Of a stretch of 43,991 nucleotides of DNA, positions 25,492 through 35,758 are shown one piece after another. Origin of the DNA: an uncultured Eubacteriales bacterium. Lineage in GTDB: Bacteria; Bacillota; Clostridia; Peptostreptococcales; Anaerovoracaceae. Position 1 is the stretch's first letter; each line of letters opens with the position of its first letter. The stretch lies in assembly GCA_902784035.1 (NCBI GenBank), contig CACZTH010000161.1:1-43991 (forward strand). The letters are read 5' to 3'. The notes beneath the pieces were generated by a model. It worked only from the letters and a program-made list of their open reading frames with translations. It was not told the origin of the DNA and ran no database searches. Position numbers and translations under genes: made by a program.

Positions 25492-26442
25492 ATGAGTACA
25501 GAGAATGCCAATGTCGTCGAAATCCGCGGTCTGGTGAAGGACTATGGTGTTTTTCGTGCCATCGACCACCTGGACCTGACCATCCGGCAGGGGGAGATCT
25601 TCGGCCTCCTGGGCCCCAACGGGTCCGGGAAGTCCACCACCATCGGCTGTCTCCTGTCCCTGCTGAAGTACAGCGGGGGCACCATCAAGGTCTTCGGGGA
25701 GTCCATGTCGCCAGCGGCCTATGATCTGAAGCGGCGGATCGGCGTGGTCTTCCAGGACATGGCCGTGTTCGACCAGCTGACCGTGAAGGATAACATCGAT
25801 TATTTCTGCGGCCTGTATGTGACAGATAAGACCGCCCGAAAGAAGTATGTGGAGGAAGCCATCGACTTCGTCGGTCTGGGAGACTTCATACGGAAGAAGC
25901 CCAGGCAGCTGTCCGGCGGCCTGAAGCGGCGTCTGAACATCGCCTGCGGGATCGCGCATAAGCCGGACCTGGCCATCCTGGATGAGCCCACGGTAGCGGT
26001 GGATCCCCAGAGCCGGAATAATATCCTGGAAGGGATCCGTCAGCTCAACCAGGCGGGATCGACCATCATCTACACTTCTCATTATATGGAAGAGGTGGAG
26101 GAGCTCTGCACCAGGATCGCGATCATCGACAGGGGGAAGCTGATCGCGGAGGGGACCAGCTCGGAACTGATCGGAAGGATCCAGGCGGATGAAACCGTCA
26201 CCGCCGAGGGGATCCAGCTGACCGAAGACCAGGTCCGGCAGCTGGAACAGATGCCGATTGTTCTGTCGGCGGTCTATAACGGCGGAATCCTGAAGCTCCA
26301 GCTCCGGGGCTCCGGCGCGGGGCTCATGACCATTCTCCGGTATCTCGAGCAGGAGCGGATCCGGTTCGGAAGGATCTATTCGGAGAAGCCGACGCTGAAC
26401 GATGTCTTTCTGGAGCTGACCGGCAAGGAACTGCGGGATTAG
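25492..26442 (+). CDS. ABC-2 type exporter ATP-binding protein
   Basis: GPNGSGKST, LSGGLKRR, ILDEPTVAVDPQSR and YTSHYMEE. Confidence 0.92.
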   Translation: MSTENANVVEIRGLVKDYGVFRAIDHLDLTIRQGEIFGLLGPNGSGKSTTIGCLLSLLKYSGGTIKVFGESMSPAAYDLKRRIGVVFQDMAVFDQLTVKDNIDYFCGLYVTDKTARKKYVEEAIDFVGLGDFIRKKPRQLSGGLKRRLNIACGIAHKPDLAILDEPTVAVDPQSRNNILEGIRQLNQAGSTIIYTSHYMEEVEELCTRIAIIDRGKLIAEGTSSELIGRIQADETVTAEGIQLTEDQVRQLEQMPIVLSAVYNGGILKLQLRGSGAGLMTILRYLEQERIRFGRIYSEKPTLNDVFLELTGKELRD

Positions 26443-26451
26443 GAGGGGCCC

Positions 26452-27564
26452 ATGGGATCGATGATCATGCTGCGGTATAAGCAGACCCTGGGGAACCTGC
26501 CAGCCCTGTTCTGGGCTTTCGCCTTTCCCATTATTCTCTGTGTCCTCTTCCACGTCTCCTTCGGAAATCTGGAAACGGGGACCTTCGATCCGGTGAAGAC
26601 AGGGGTCGTAAGAACAGGAAAGCCCAGCGCCGCCTTCGAGGAAACCGTGAAACGGCTGGACGGGGACCTGCTGGACGTGACGTATATGAAGGAGGACGCG
26701 GCGAAGCGGGCCCTGAAGGATGGGAAGATCACCGGGGTCATTTACGACCAGGAGACACCGAGGCTGCTGGTGACGGGGACAGGGATCAGTCAGACCATCC
26801 TGTCCTCCTTCCTGGATCAGTATATTAAGAGCGTGGGCATTTATAAAGACCTGGCCCGCCGGGACCCGTCGAAGGCCCAGCGGGCGGCCCGGGTCCTGGA
26901 TGAGGACGCGGATCATATCCGGGAAGTTTCCATGGGCGGGAAGACCTATGACGGCTACCTGGACTTTTATTTCGCCCTGATCGCCATGGCCTGCTTCTTC
27001 GGCGTCTTTTTCGGGCAGACCATGGGGGAGGAGAGCGCGGCGAACGCTTCGCCCCTGGCGGCCAGACGCTGCGTCTGTCCCCGGAGCCGTCTTCTCATGG
27101 CGCTGACGGATCTTCTCATCTGCTTCACCATCCAGTTCACCTGCGTGATCGTCCTTCTTCTTTTCATGCGGTACGCCATGGGGATCAGGCTGCCGGAGAA
27201 CATTCCCATGCTGCTTCTGATCTGCGCCCTGGGCTGTCTGGTGGGGGTGTCTTTCGGCCTGGCGCTGGGCTGCTCCAGGCTGAAACAGAGTGGGAAAAAC
27301 GCCCTGGCGGTGACGGTTCCTCTGGTTTCCTGCTTTTTCGCCGGTCTCATGGTGGGCGGCATGAAATATATCGTCGAACAAAGGGCGCCCATCGTGAACC
27401 GGATCAACCCGGCGGCCCTGATCAGCGACGCTTTCTATTATCTGACGGTCTTCGACGATCCCCGCGGACTGGGAATTCGACTGGTTCTTCTGGCCATCTG
27501 GGCGGCCGCCCTGACCGCCTGCGCCGTGAACATGATGAGGAGGGACCGCTATGACAGTATTTAG
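26452..27564 (+). CDS. ABC-2 type exporter permease
   Basis: One N-terminal TM, an extracytoplasmic domain, then a multi-TM C-terminus; follows the ATPase. Confidence 0.85.
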   Translation: MGSMIMLRYKQTLGNLPALFWAFAFPIILCVLFHVSFGNLETGTFDPVKTGVVRTGKPSAAFEETVKRLDGDLLDVTYMKEDAAKRALKDGKITGVIYDQETPRLLVTGTGISQTILSSFLDQYIKSVGIYKDLARRDPSKAQRAARVLDEDADHIREVSMGGKTYDGYLDFYFALIAMACFFGVFFGQTMGEESAANASPLAARRCVCPRSRLLMALTDLLICFTIQFTCVIVLLLFMRYAMGIRLPENIPMLLLICALGCLVGVSFGLALGCSRLKQSGKNALAVTVPLVSCFFAGLMVGGMKYIVEQRAPIVNRINPAALISDAFYYLTVFDDPRGLGIRLVLLAIWAAALTACAVNMMRRDRYDSI

Positions 27565-28708
27565 GGGTTTTCTGAAGGTCATCCGGGCCAACCGGACCTA
27601 TATTCTGATCTATGTCCTCATTTTCACGGTCCTGGCTGTCCTGATGGCGAAGGTCACCGCGAAGGGGGGGACGGTGTCCTATGAAGCCGCCTCCGTCCCC
27701 ATTACTGTGGTGGATCATGACCAGAGCCAGATCTCGAAGGGCCTGGTCCGCTATCTGAAAACCAAGAACGAGGTGAAGGTGACCAGCTATGACAGGGAGG
27801 CCCTGACCCAGTCCCTTTATAATCAGGACACCTGTCTGGTTGTCCAGGTCCCGAAAGGTTTCGGGGACAGTCTGGCGGAAGGGAAGGGCCTCCTGAAGGT
27901 GACCCCGGTCCCGGGGCTGGACAGCTCCAGGATGGCTCAGGCGGACTGTGAGGCTTATCTGAAGCTTGCCAGGATCTGTCTGGCGGCTGGCGACAGCCAG
28001 CGGGCAGCGACGGACCGGGTCCTGGGCATGGCGGGTCAGAAGGTGAACGTGGACTTTCTGTCCAGGAAGGATGAGAACAGCCTGCCCGGCTGGGCGGTCC
28101 TCACCCGGTATTATCCCTATCTGTTCCTGTCTGTGATCATCTACGTCATTGCCATGACCATGAAAGAATTCAAGCGGAAGGGCGTGAAGGCGCGGATGGA
28201 GGCTTCCCCGGTTCCGCCGTCCGCGCAGACCGGTCAGGCTCTCCTGGCGTTCGGCCTCCTGTGCGGATTCTTCTTCCTGGTCAGCCTGGTCCTGCCCGCC
28301 GCTACGGGAAAAGGCTTTTTCGGGAGTCCCCACCTGGGCCTCCTGGTTCTCAACATCCTGATGCTCCTGCTCTTCACCATCAGCGTCGGCTGGCTGGTCA
28401 GCCTCCTGGCCAGTTCGCCAGGGACGATCACGGCTCTGGTGAATGTGGCTGGCCTGGGCTTCTCCTTCCTGTGCGGGGTCTTCATCCCCCTGGATTTCAT
28501 GAGCGGCGGACTGAAGAAGTTCGCTTCCTTCATCCCGATTTACTGGTATGAAAGGATCAATCAGATCCTGGCCGCCCGGGGAGCCCTGGGCGGGGCGGAT
28601 CAGGCGGTTCTCCGGCAGGGACTTCAGGTCCAGGCGGCCGGCATTGCCGTGGTCCTGATCGTGAGCGCGCTGGCGGCCCGGGGCATCCGGAGAAACAATC
28701 GAACGTAA
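27551..28708 (+). CDS. ABC-2 type exporter permease (second subunit)
   Basis: Same topology; VVDHDQS and FLCGVFIP...FIPIYW motifs. Confidence 0.85.
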   Translation: MTVFRGFLKVIRANRTYILIYVLIFTVLAVLMAKVTAKGGTVSYEAASVPITVVDHDQSQISKGLVRYLKTKNEVKVTSYDREALTQSLYNQDTCLVVQVPKGFGDSLAEGKGLLKVTPVPGLDSSRMAQADCEAYLKLARICLAAGDSQRAATDRVLGMAGQKVNVDFLSRKDENSLPGWAVLTRYYPYLFLSVIIYVIAMTMKEFKRKGVKARMEASPVPPSAQTGQALLAFGLLCGFFFLVSLVLPAATGKGFFGSPHLGLLVLNILMLLLFTISVGWLVSLLASSPGTITALVNVAGLGFSFLCGVFIPLDFMSGGLKKFASFIPIYWYERINQILAARGALGGADQAVLRQGLQVQAAGIAVVLIVSALAARGIRRNNRT

Positions 28709-28732
28709 GTGGCGTCGCGCCGGGCTGAACGG

Positions 28733-28789
28733 CCGGAGCTTTCTTTGTCCATGGGATTTTCCCAGGGGCGGGGAAGCTCCGGTTTTTTT
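28733..28789 (+). terminator. Intrinsic terminator
   Basis: Long stem CCGGAGCTT...AAGCTCCGG followed by T7. Confidence 0.8.
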
Positions 28790-29077
28790 ATGTTCCGTTC
28801 CGCCTGATCATGATCGGGGCGGAATGGGAACATTTTACGAACAATTCTTGATACCGGCGGCACGGCGCCGGCAGGACTTGTCATGTAACAAAGAGTTAAC
28901 ATCTTCTTCATTTTTTTGAGCGATAGGGGAAGGTATACTTCATACCTGTAGCACCGGGGGAGGCCTCGGAACGGGCGCGGATCCCCTTTGTCAACAGCCC
29001 CGCTGTCCGGTACATGCTATGGCGGTCATGAGGCTGGAGCCTTCTCATATTGAATGGATACGATACGGAGTAGATGA

Positions 29078-29836
29078 ATGAAGCAGACAGTTACACAAGA
29101 GGATCGGATCGATCTTCTGGAGATCCTGCGTCTCTTTGGCAGGCATATCCTGGTGCTGATCCTGGCCGCGGTGGTAGGGGTCGCCTGCGGCTATCTATTT
29201 ACGAAGACGCAGCTCGCCCCGGAATACTCGTCGACCGCGACGATCCATGTTATGGAGACGGAGGATAAGAAGAGCGACATCGTCGTCCAGAACCAGGAGC
29301 TTCAGACCGCGACCCTGCTGACGAACGAATGCCAGGAGATCATCCAATCCCAGGAAGTAGCGATGAAGGTTATTTCCCAGATGAATCTCCAGGATACGGA
29401 TGGGAAAGCCCTGGTTCCGGAGAAGTTCCTGAAGAAGGTGGAAGTGGACATCCCCGTGAATACGAGGATCCTTACGATCAAGGTGACCGATTCTGACCCG
29501 CAGAAGGCCTGCGCCATCGCCAACGCCCTGTCCGCGGCTTCCCGGGAACGGATCCAGAAGGTCCTGGACCTGAAGCGGGTGCAGGTGGTGGACGAGGCCC
29601 AGGTGGCGTCGACGCCTGATGGTCCCGACGCCGCGCGAAACGCTTTCACAGCCGGGATCCTGGCTGTGGTCCTGGTCATGGTGATTTTAGTCCTCCGGTT
29701 TATGTTCGATGACAGGATCCGGACGCCGGAAGATGTTGAAGACTATCTGGGTCTGAACGTCCTGGGGCTTATTCCTGCGTCAGGAGACATGAGGCGGGGC
29801 GGCCGCCACGCGGCGAAAACAGGAAGAGGGGAATGA
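29078..29836 (+). CDS. Capsule chain-length determinant / tyrosine-kinase modulator (CpsC/Wzz/YveK family)
   Basis: IDLLEIL, two TM segments, PEYSSTA and DDRIRTPEDVEDYLGLNVLGLIP. Confidence 0.9.
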   Translation: MKQTVTQEDRIDLLEILRLFGRHILVLILAAVVGVACGYLFTKTQLAPEYSSTATIHVMETEDKKSDIVVQNQELQTATLLTNECQEIIQSQEVAMKVISQMNLQDTDGKALVPEKFLKKVEVDIPVNTRILTIKVTDSDPQKACAIANALSAASRERIQKVLDLKRVQVVDEAQVASTPDGPDAARNAFTAGILAVVLVMVILVLRFMFDDRIRTPEDVEDYLGLNVLGLIPASGDMRRGGRHAAKTGRGE

Positions 29837-30528
29837 TGAGACAGATTCAGATCACGAGGCCGGTTCTGACCGTCAGCCAGGAGGAGGCCTATCGAACGCT
29901 GAGCGCTAATATCCAGTTTCTGGGAGATGATATTCGAGTCATCGCGGCGACCTCCTGTATGCCGCATGAGGGCGCCAGTCATGTCGTCCTGGCCATGGCG
30001 CTGTCGCTGGCGGAAAGCGGGAAGTCCGTCCTGCTCCTGGACGCGGATCTGCGGGATTCAGCCATGGGCGGCCTGCTTGGCGCCCGGCAGGAGGCGGAGG
30101 AGGGGCTCAGTCAGCTTCTCTCTGGCCAGATGAAGACGGAGGATGTCCTCTGTCAGACCAGTGTGCCAGGCCTTCAGGTCATTTTCTCCGGGGGCGCGCC
30201 CTTCAATCCCGCGGAGCTCCTGAGCAGCGGCAGGTTCAAGTCCCTCTGCGCGGACGTCAGGAAGACCTACGATTATGTCATCGTAGACACCCCTCCTCTG
30301 GGACAGGTGATCGACGCCGCGGTGGCGGCCGCCTGCTGCGACGGGGCCGTCCTCGTCGTCGAGACAGGCGTCACGAGCCGCCGGCTGGCGGAGCAGGTGA
30401 TGAGCCAGCTGGAACGGTCCGGCTGCGAGATCCTGGGCGCGGTCCTGAATGATTTCGAAGCGAAGCGTTCAGACCTCAGGAAGTATGGCAGTTACAGATC
30501 CACGGGAAGCAGAAAGCGGCATGCGTAA
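29833..30528 (+). CDS. CpsD/CapB-family BY-kinase homolog with a degenerate Walker A
   Basis: EAYRTL, LLDADLR, NPAELL and VIVDTPP present; the P-loop reads PHEGASH instead of xxEGKS/T. Confidence 0.88.
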   Translation: MMRQIQITRPVLTVSQEEAYRTLSANIQFLGDDIRVIAATSCMPHEGASHVVLAMALSLAESGKSVLLLDADLRDSAMGGLLGARQEAEEGLSQLLSGQMKTEDVLCQTSVPGLQVIFSGGAPFNPAELLSSGRFKSLCADVRKTYDYVIVDTPPLGQVIDAAVAAACCDGAVLVVETGVTSRRLAEQVMSQLERSGCEILGAVLNDFEAKRSDLRKYGSYRSTGSRKRHA

Positions 30529-32545
30529 TATGAGCATCGAAGAAAAGAAGCCACGGAAGCTCCATCACTGGCAGATCATCGCGGTCTGTCTCTGTGTCTA
30601 TGATGTCGTCGCGGTCAATTTCGCCTATTTCTTCGCGCTGCTCCTCCGTTTCGATTTCAGGTTCTCAGTGATTCCCCTCCTGTATCTGGACCAGTGGAAG
30701 CAGTTCGCGCCTTCCTATACCGTATTCTGCATCATCGTATTCTATATGGCGCGGCTGTATAGGAGCGTATGGCGCTATGCCAGCTATTCAGAGCTGCTCC
30801 ACGTTCTGCTCAGCTCCCTGATCACGACGGCCTTCCAGGTGGTCGGGACCCTGGCCACGGTTGGCAGGATGCCGATCTTCTATTATCTGGCGGGGGCTGT
30901 CTTTCAGTTCATCCTGATCATCGCCATACGCTTCTCCTATCGGTTCGTCCTCTTCATCGATCAGGCGCGGGGGGCCGGGGCCATAGGCGGCCAGGGAGAT
31001 AATGTCATGATTGTCGGCGCCGGCAACGCCGGCCAGGCCATCCTCCGGGATTTCACGCGGGCGAAGGAGATCCAGGACCGGGTCGTCTGCTTCATCGATG
31101 ATAACGCGAATAAATGGGGCCGCTATATTAACGGTGTCCCGGTGGCCGGCGGCAGGGATGACATCTTCGCCAGCGTGAAGAAGTTTCATGTGAAGAAGAT
31201 CTACATCGCCATGCCCAGCGCGTCCAAGGAGCAGAAGAGGGAGATCCTGAACATCTGTAAGGAAACTGGCTGTCAGCTGAAGCAGCTGCCCGGCATCTTC
31301 CAGCTGGCGACAGGGGAGATCACCGTCAGCCAGATGAGAGATGTGTCGGTGGAGGATCTGCTGGGGAGAGATCAGATTAAGACCGATCTGACCGAGGTCT
31401 TCCAGTTCATCAACGGAAAACGGGTCCTGATCACCGGCGCCGGCGGCTCCATCGGCTCCGAGCTTTCCCGGCAGGTGGCTTCCCACAAGCCCAGTCTCCT
31501 GGTCCTGTTCGATATCTATGAGAATAATGTTTACGACCTCCAGCTGGAGCTGAAGGAGAACTATCCGAAACTGAACCTGGTGGTGCTGATCGGGTCTGTC
31601 CGGGACAGCCGGCGGATGTTCGAGATTTTCGAGAAATACCGGTTCCAGATCGTCTACCACGCCGCGGCCCACAAGCATGTGCCCCTGATGGAGGACAGTC
31701 CCTGTGAGGCCATTAAGAACAATGCCATCGGAACCTATAAGACGGCCTATGCCGCCATGACCCATGGCTGTGAGCGGTTCGTCCTGATCAGCACGGATAA
31801 GGCGGTCAACCCCACCAACATCATGGGCGCCTCCAAGCGGCTCTGTGAATTGGTCATCCAGAGTTTCGACGAGAAGATTAAGGCTGGCCGGGCCGATGAG
31901 ATCCCCCAGCTCTTCACCCATTCTGGCATGGAGAACGCGGATAAGGACGGTACCGGCGCTGTATTCCGGAACATTAAGACCGAGTTCGTCGCGGTCCGCT
32001 TCGGCAATGTGCTGGGCTCCAACGGGTCTGTCATTCCCATCTTCAAACGGCAGATCGCCCACCACCAGCCGGTCACGGTCACCCATCCGGACATCATCCG
32101 GTACTTCATGACCATCCCGGAGGCGGTGAGCCTGGTCCTTCAGGCAGGGACCTACGCGAAGGGCGGGGAGATCTTCGTTCTGGACATGGGAAGCCCGGTT
32201 AAGATCGATACCCTGGCCAGGAACCTGATCAAGCTGTCCGGCTATAAGCCGGATGTGGACATCCCCGTCGTCTATACCGGTCTCAGGCCCGGCGAGAAGC
32301 TCTATGAGGAGAAGCTGATGGTGGAGGAAGGCCTGAAGAGGACAGCGAACAATCTGATTTACATCGGGTCCCGCATCCCCTTCGACACGGATAAGTTCCT
32401 GGGGCAGATGGGATGGCTGATGAAGGTTGCCTATTCGAATGAAGAAGATCAGATGCGCGCCTGTGTGGCGCAGGTGGTGGACACCTTCCGGCCCGCGAAG
32501 CTCGTGAATGAGGAGCTGGAGGAGGAAAGGGAGCCCGCGTCCTGA
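30521..32545 (+). CDS. Membrane-bound UDP-GlcNAc 4,6-dehydratase (CapD/PglF family)
   Basis: N-terminal TMs, GAGNAG, TGAGGSIGSEL, HAAAHKHVP, STDKAVNP..MGASK, VRFGNVLGS and RPGEKLYEE. Confidence 0.93.
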   Translation: MRNMSIEEKKPRKLHHWQIIAVCLCVYDVVAVNFAYFFALLLRFDFRFSVIPLLYLDQWKQFAPSYTVFCIIVFYMARLYRSVWRYASYSELLHVLLSSLITTAFQVVGTLATVGRMPIFYYLAGAVFQFILIIAIRFSYRFVLFIDQARGAGAIGGQGDNVMIVGAGNAGQAILRDFTRAKEIQDRVVCFIDDNANKWGRYINGVPVAGGRDDIFASVKKFHVKKIYIAMPSASKEQKREILNICKETGCQLKQLPGIFQLATGEITVSQMRDVSVEDLLGRDQIKTDLTEVFQFINGKRVLITGAGGSIGSELSRQVASHKPSLLVLFDIYENNVYDLQLELKENYPKLNLVVLIGSVRDSRRMFEIFEKYRFQIVYHAAAHKHVPLMEDSPCEAIKNNAIGTYKTAYAAMTHGCERFVLISTDKAVNPTNIMGASKRLCELVIQSFDEKIKAGRADEIPQLFTHSGMENADKDGTGAVFRNIKTEFVAVRFGNVLGSNGSVIPIFKRQIAHHQPVTVTHPDIIRYFMTIPEAVSLVLQAGTYAKGGEIFVLDMGSPVKIDTLARNLIKLSGYKPDVDIPVVYTGLRPGEKLYEEKLMVEEGLKRTANNLIYIGSRIPFDTDKFLGQMGWLMKVAYSNEEDQMRACVAQVVDTFRPAKLVNEELEEEREPAS

Positions 32546-32618
32546 TTCGGGAGATATGCCTGGGTTGAACAGGGACAGACCTGGCTTCAGGCCTGTCCGC
32601 GCAGGCAGGAGAGAGACG

Positions 32619-33893
32619 ATGGAGAAGGAAGAAACGAAGACGAAGCTGCGGAAACGGAACATCCCCTTCAGCCCGCCGGACATCGGTGAGCGGGAAATCG
32701 AGGAGGTGGCGGCGGCCATGCGGTCGGGCTGGATCACGACCGGTCCCCGGACGAAGAAGCTGGAGAAAGAACTGGCGGCCTACCTGGGTCTGCCGGAGGA
32801 GGCGCCGAACCTGGTCTGCCTGAATTCGGCCACCGCCGCGGAGGAGCTGAACCTCCGGATTCTGGGCGTCGGAGAGGGCGATGAAGTCCTGGTTCCTGCC
32901 TATACCTACACCAGCACCGCTTCGGCGGCCCTCCATGTGGGGGCCAGGGTCCGCTTCATCGATTCCCAGAAGGACTGCTGCGAGATGGACTATGACGCCC
33001 TGGAGGCGGCCATCACGGAGAAGACGAAGGCTGTTCTTCCGGTCGACCTGGGCGGGATCCCCTGTGATTACGACCGGATCTACCAGGCGGTGGAGCGGAA
33101 GAGAGATCTGTTCCGTCCCGCCGGAAATACAGACCTGGGAGAACGGATCCAGAAGGCTCTGGGCCGGGTGGCTGTGGTGGCTGACTGCGCCCACGCGCTG
33201 GGGGCCAGCCGGAAGGGGGTCATGGCCGGGCGGCTTGCGGACTTCTCCTCCTTCTCCTTTCACGCGGTGAAGAACTTCACCACGGCAGAGGGCGGCGCCG
33301 GCGCCTGGCGGACCCTGCCCGGGATCGACGACAGCGAGATCTACCATCAGTACCAGCTCTACAGCCTGCACGGCCAGAGTAAGGACGCCCTGGCCAAGAC
33401 CAGGCTGGGGGCCTGGGAATATGACATCGTCGGTCCCTGGTATAAGTGCAACATGACCGATATCATGGCCGCCATCGGACTGAAACAGCTGGAAAGGTAT
33501 CCCGCCCTCCTGGCTCGGAGAAGAGAACTGATCGCGCGGTATGACGCGGTCTGTGACGCCATCGGCGTCCTCCATCTTCACCATTTCACTGATGAGCGGA
33601 TCTCCTCCGGCCACCTCTACCTGACCCGGGTCCCGGGGATCAGCGAGGCCCAGCGGAATGAGATCATCGTGAAGATGGCGGAGAGGGGCGTGGCGTCGAA
33701 TGTTCACTATAAGCCCCTGCCCATGATGACCGCCTATAAGGCACTGGGCTGGGATATCCGGGATTTCCCGAACGCTTATGAGTATTATCACAATCTGATC
33801 ACCCTGCCCCTCCATACCAGGCTGTCCGACGAAGACGCGGACTATGTGGGGCAGGTATTCACGGAAACGGTGCGGGAGGTCAGAGGCCGATAA
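32619..33893 (+). CDS. DegT/DnrJ/EryC1/StrS sugar aminotransferase
   Basis: IPFSPPDI, SGWITTGP, DCAHALG and FSFHAVKNFTTAEGG (PLP lysine); ATG 32619. Confidence 0.92.
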   Translation: MEKEETKTKLRKRNIPFSPPDIGEREIEEVAAAMRSGWITTGPRTKKLEKELAAYLGLPEEAPNLVCLNSATAAEELNLRILGVGEGDEVLVPAYTYTSTASAALHVGARVRFIDSQKDCCEMDYDALEAAITEKTKAVLPVDLGGIPCDYDRIYQAVERKRDLFRPAGNTDLGERIQKALGRVAVVADCAHALGASRKGVMAGRLADFSSFSFHAVKNFTTAEGGAGAWRTLPGIDDSEIYHQYQLYSLHGQSKDALAKTRLGAWEYDIVGPWYKCNMTDIMAAIGLKQLERYPALLARRRELIARYDAVCDAIGVLHLHHFTDERISSGHLYLTRVPGISEAQRNEIIVKMAERGVASNVHYKPLPMMTAYKALGWDIRDFPNAYEYYHNLITLPLHTRLSDEDADYVGQVFTETVREVRGR

Positions 33894-33918
33894 GGGCTCC
33901 GATCGGAAAGAGAGAGAC

Positions 33919-35157
33919 GTGCAGAAGAAGATCATGATCCTCGGGGCCAGCATCCTTCAGCTCCCCGCCATCCTGAAAGCGAAGGAGATGGGCCTTCTGC
34001 CCGTCGTATGTGACATGAATCCTGAGGCAGTCGGCTTCCGGGAGCCCGGGATCATGAAAGAGGTGATCAGCACCATCGATACCGAAGGCGTCCTGGCCGC
34101 CGCCCGGAAACATCAGATCGACGGGATCATGACCCTGGCGACGGACATGCCCATGATGACCGTCGCCAAGGTCTCCCATGAACTGGGGCTGGTGGGCGTC
34201 AGTGAGCGCACCGCCCTCTGCGCCACGAATAAGGCAGCCATGCGGGACGCCCTTAGGGCGGCGGGGGTTCCGATACCGGAATACCATAAGGTGTCCTCCC
34301 TCCGGGAGTGCCGGGAGGCGGTCCGCCTGATCCAGGAACATGGCTTCCGCTGCATCATCAAGCCGGCTGACAATTCCGAGAGCCGGGGCGTCGATCTCCT
34401 GAGGGAATTCAGCCGGGAGGCGGTGGAAAGGGCCTACGCCTACAGCCGTGCCAATTCCAGGAGCGGCGGCGTCATCGTTGAAGAGTATATGCGGGGTCCG
34501 GAGGTGAGCGTGGAGACAGTGGCTCAGGACGGGGAGGTCCGGGTCCTTCAGATCACGGATAAGATCACCACGGGCGCTCCGTATTTCGTCGAGATGGGCC
34601 ATACCCAGCCCTCCCGGCTGCCTGCCCTGACGCGGGAGCGGATCCGGCAGGTGACCATCGCCGCCAACCGGGCGGTCGGGATCGAGAACGGCCCTTCCCA
34701 CACGGAGATCATCGCCACCGCGGAAGGCCCGAAGGTGGTGGAACTTGGCGCCCGGATGGGCGGCGACTGCATCACGACCCACCTGGTTCCCCTGTCCACC
34801 GGCATTGACATGGTCCGCTGCTGTCTGCAGCTCGCCATCGGCGAGAAGCCGGATCTGACGCCGAAGTTCGCGAGGGGCGCGGCCAACCGGTATTTCCGGC
34901 AGCCTGACGGGAAGATTTTGTCCATCCGGGGGGTGGAGGAAATCGAGCGGATGTCCGGCGTTCGTCAGGTCAGCATCGTCCATGGCGCGGGTGAGACGGT
35001 GGGCGCCGTGAGGAGCAGCGGCGACCGGATCGGCTTCGTGATCGCCGAGGGGAAGGACGCGGATCAGGCGGCGGCGCGGGCGGAAGCGGCCCGCTGCAGT
35101 CTGTCGGTGGAGACCGCCTGGGCGGGCCCTGGGAAGGCAGAGGAAGAGCATGTATAA
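33919..35157 (+). CDS. ATP-grasp domain protein (putative amide ligase)
   Basis: NKAAMR, IIKPAD..SRGV, VEEYMRGPEVSVE, HTE and ELGARMGG; GTG start at 33919. Confidence 0.85.
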   Translation: MQKKIMILGASILQLPAILKAKEMGLLPVVCDMNPEAVGFREPGIMKEVISTIDTEGVLAAARKHQIDGIMTLATDMPMMTVAKVSHELGLVGVSERTALCATNKAAMRDALRAAGVPIPEYHKVSSLRECREAVRLIQEHGFRCIIKPADNSESRGVDLLREFSREAVERAYAYSRANSRSGGVIVEEYMRGPEVSVETVAQDGEVRVLQITDKITTGAPYFVEMGHTQPSRLPALTRERIRQVTIAANRAVGIENGPSHTEIIATAEGPKVVELGARMGGDCITTHLVPLSTGIDMVRCCLQLAIGEKPDLTPKFARGAANRYFRQPDGKILSIRGVEEIERMSGVRQVSIVHGAGETVGAVRSSGDRIGFVIAEGKDADQAAARAEAARCSLSVETAWAGPGKAEEEHV

Positions 35158-35749
35158 GAGATTCGTTAAACGGGTCCTGGACCTGACCTTTTCCCTGATC
35201 GCCATGCCCATTTTCGGACTGATCTGTCTGTTCGTCGCGCCGGCGATCAGGCATGAGGATTAGGGGACCGTCTTCTATACGGCGGAACGACGGGGCCTGA
35301 ACGGGAAGAAATTCAAGATGTATAAGTTCCGTTCCATGAAGATGAACGCGCCGGACATCCGAAATAAGGACAATTCCACGTATAACGCCGAGGATGACCC
35401 CCGGGTGACGAAAATCGGCCGCTTCCTCAGGAAGACGTCCCTGGACGAGACCGCCCAGGTCCTGAACATCCTGAAGGGGGATATGAGCATCATCGGCCCC
35501 CGTCCCATCACGACGGACAAGCCCCTGGAGGAATACGATGAAAAAAGGCGGGTCAGGCTGACGGTCCGGCCCGGCGTCACCGGCTATACCCAGGCCTATT
35601 TCCGAAACACGATCACCCAGGAGGAAAAGTTCGAATACGACGCGAAATACGCTCAGAACGTCTCCTTTCTCCTGGATCTGAAGGTCTTCTTCAAGACCAT
35701 CCAATCCGTACTGTTTCAGAAGGGGATCTATAATACCCGGAATGATTGA
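35150..35749 (+). pseudogene. Initiating sugar (phosphoglycosyl) transferase, PglC/WcaJ-like, with an in-frame TAG at codon 38
   Basis: MYKRFVKRVLDL...IRHED*GTVFY..R.GLNGKKFKMYKFRSM...DPRVTKIGRFLRKTSLDE...GDMSIIGPRP; TAG at 35261-35263. Confidence 0.85.
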
Positions 35750-35758
35750 GGGCAGAGC

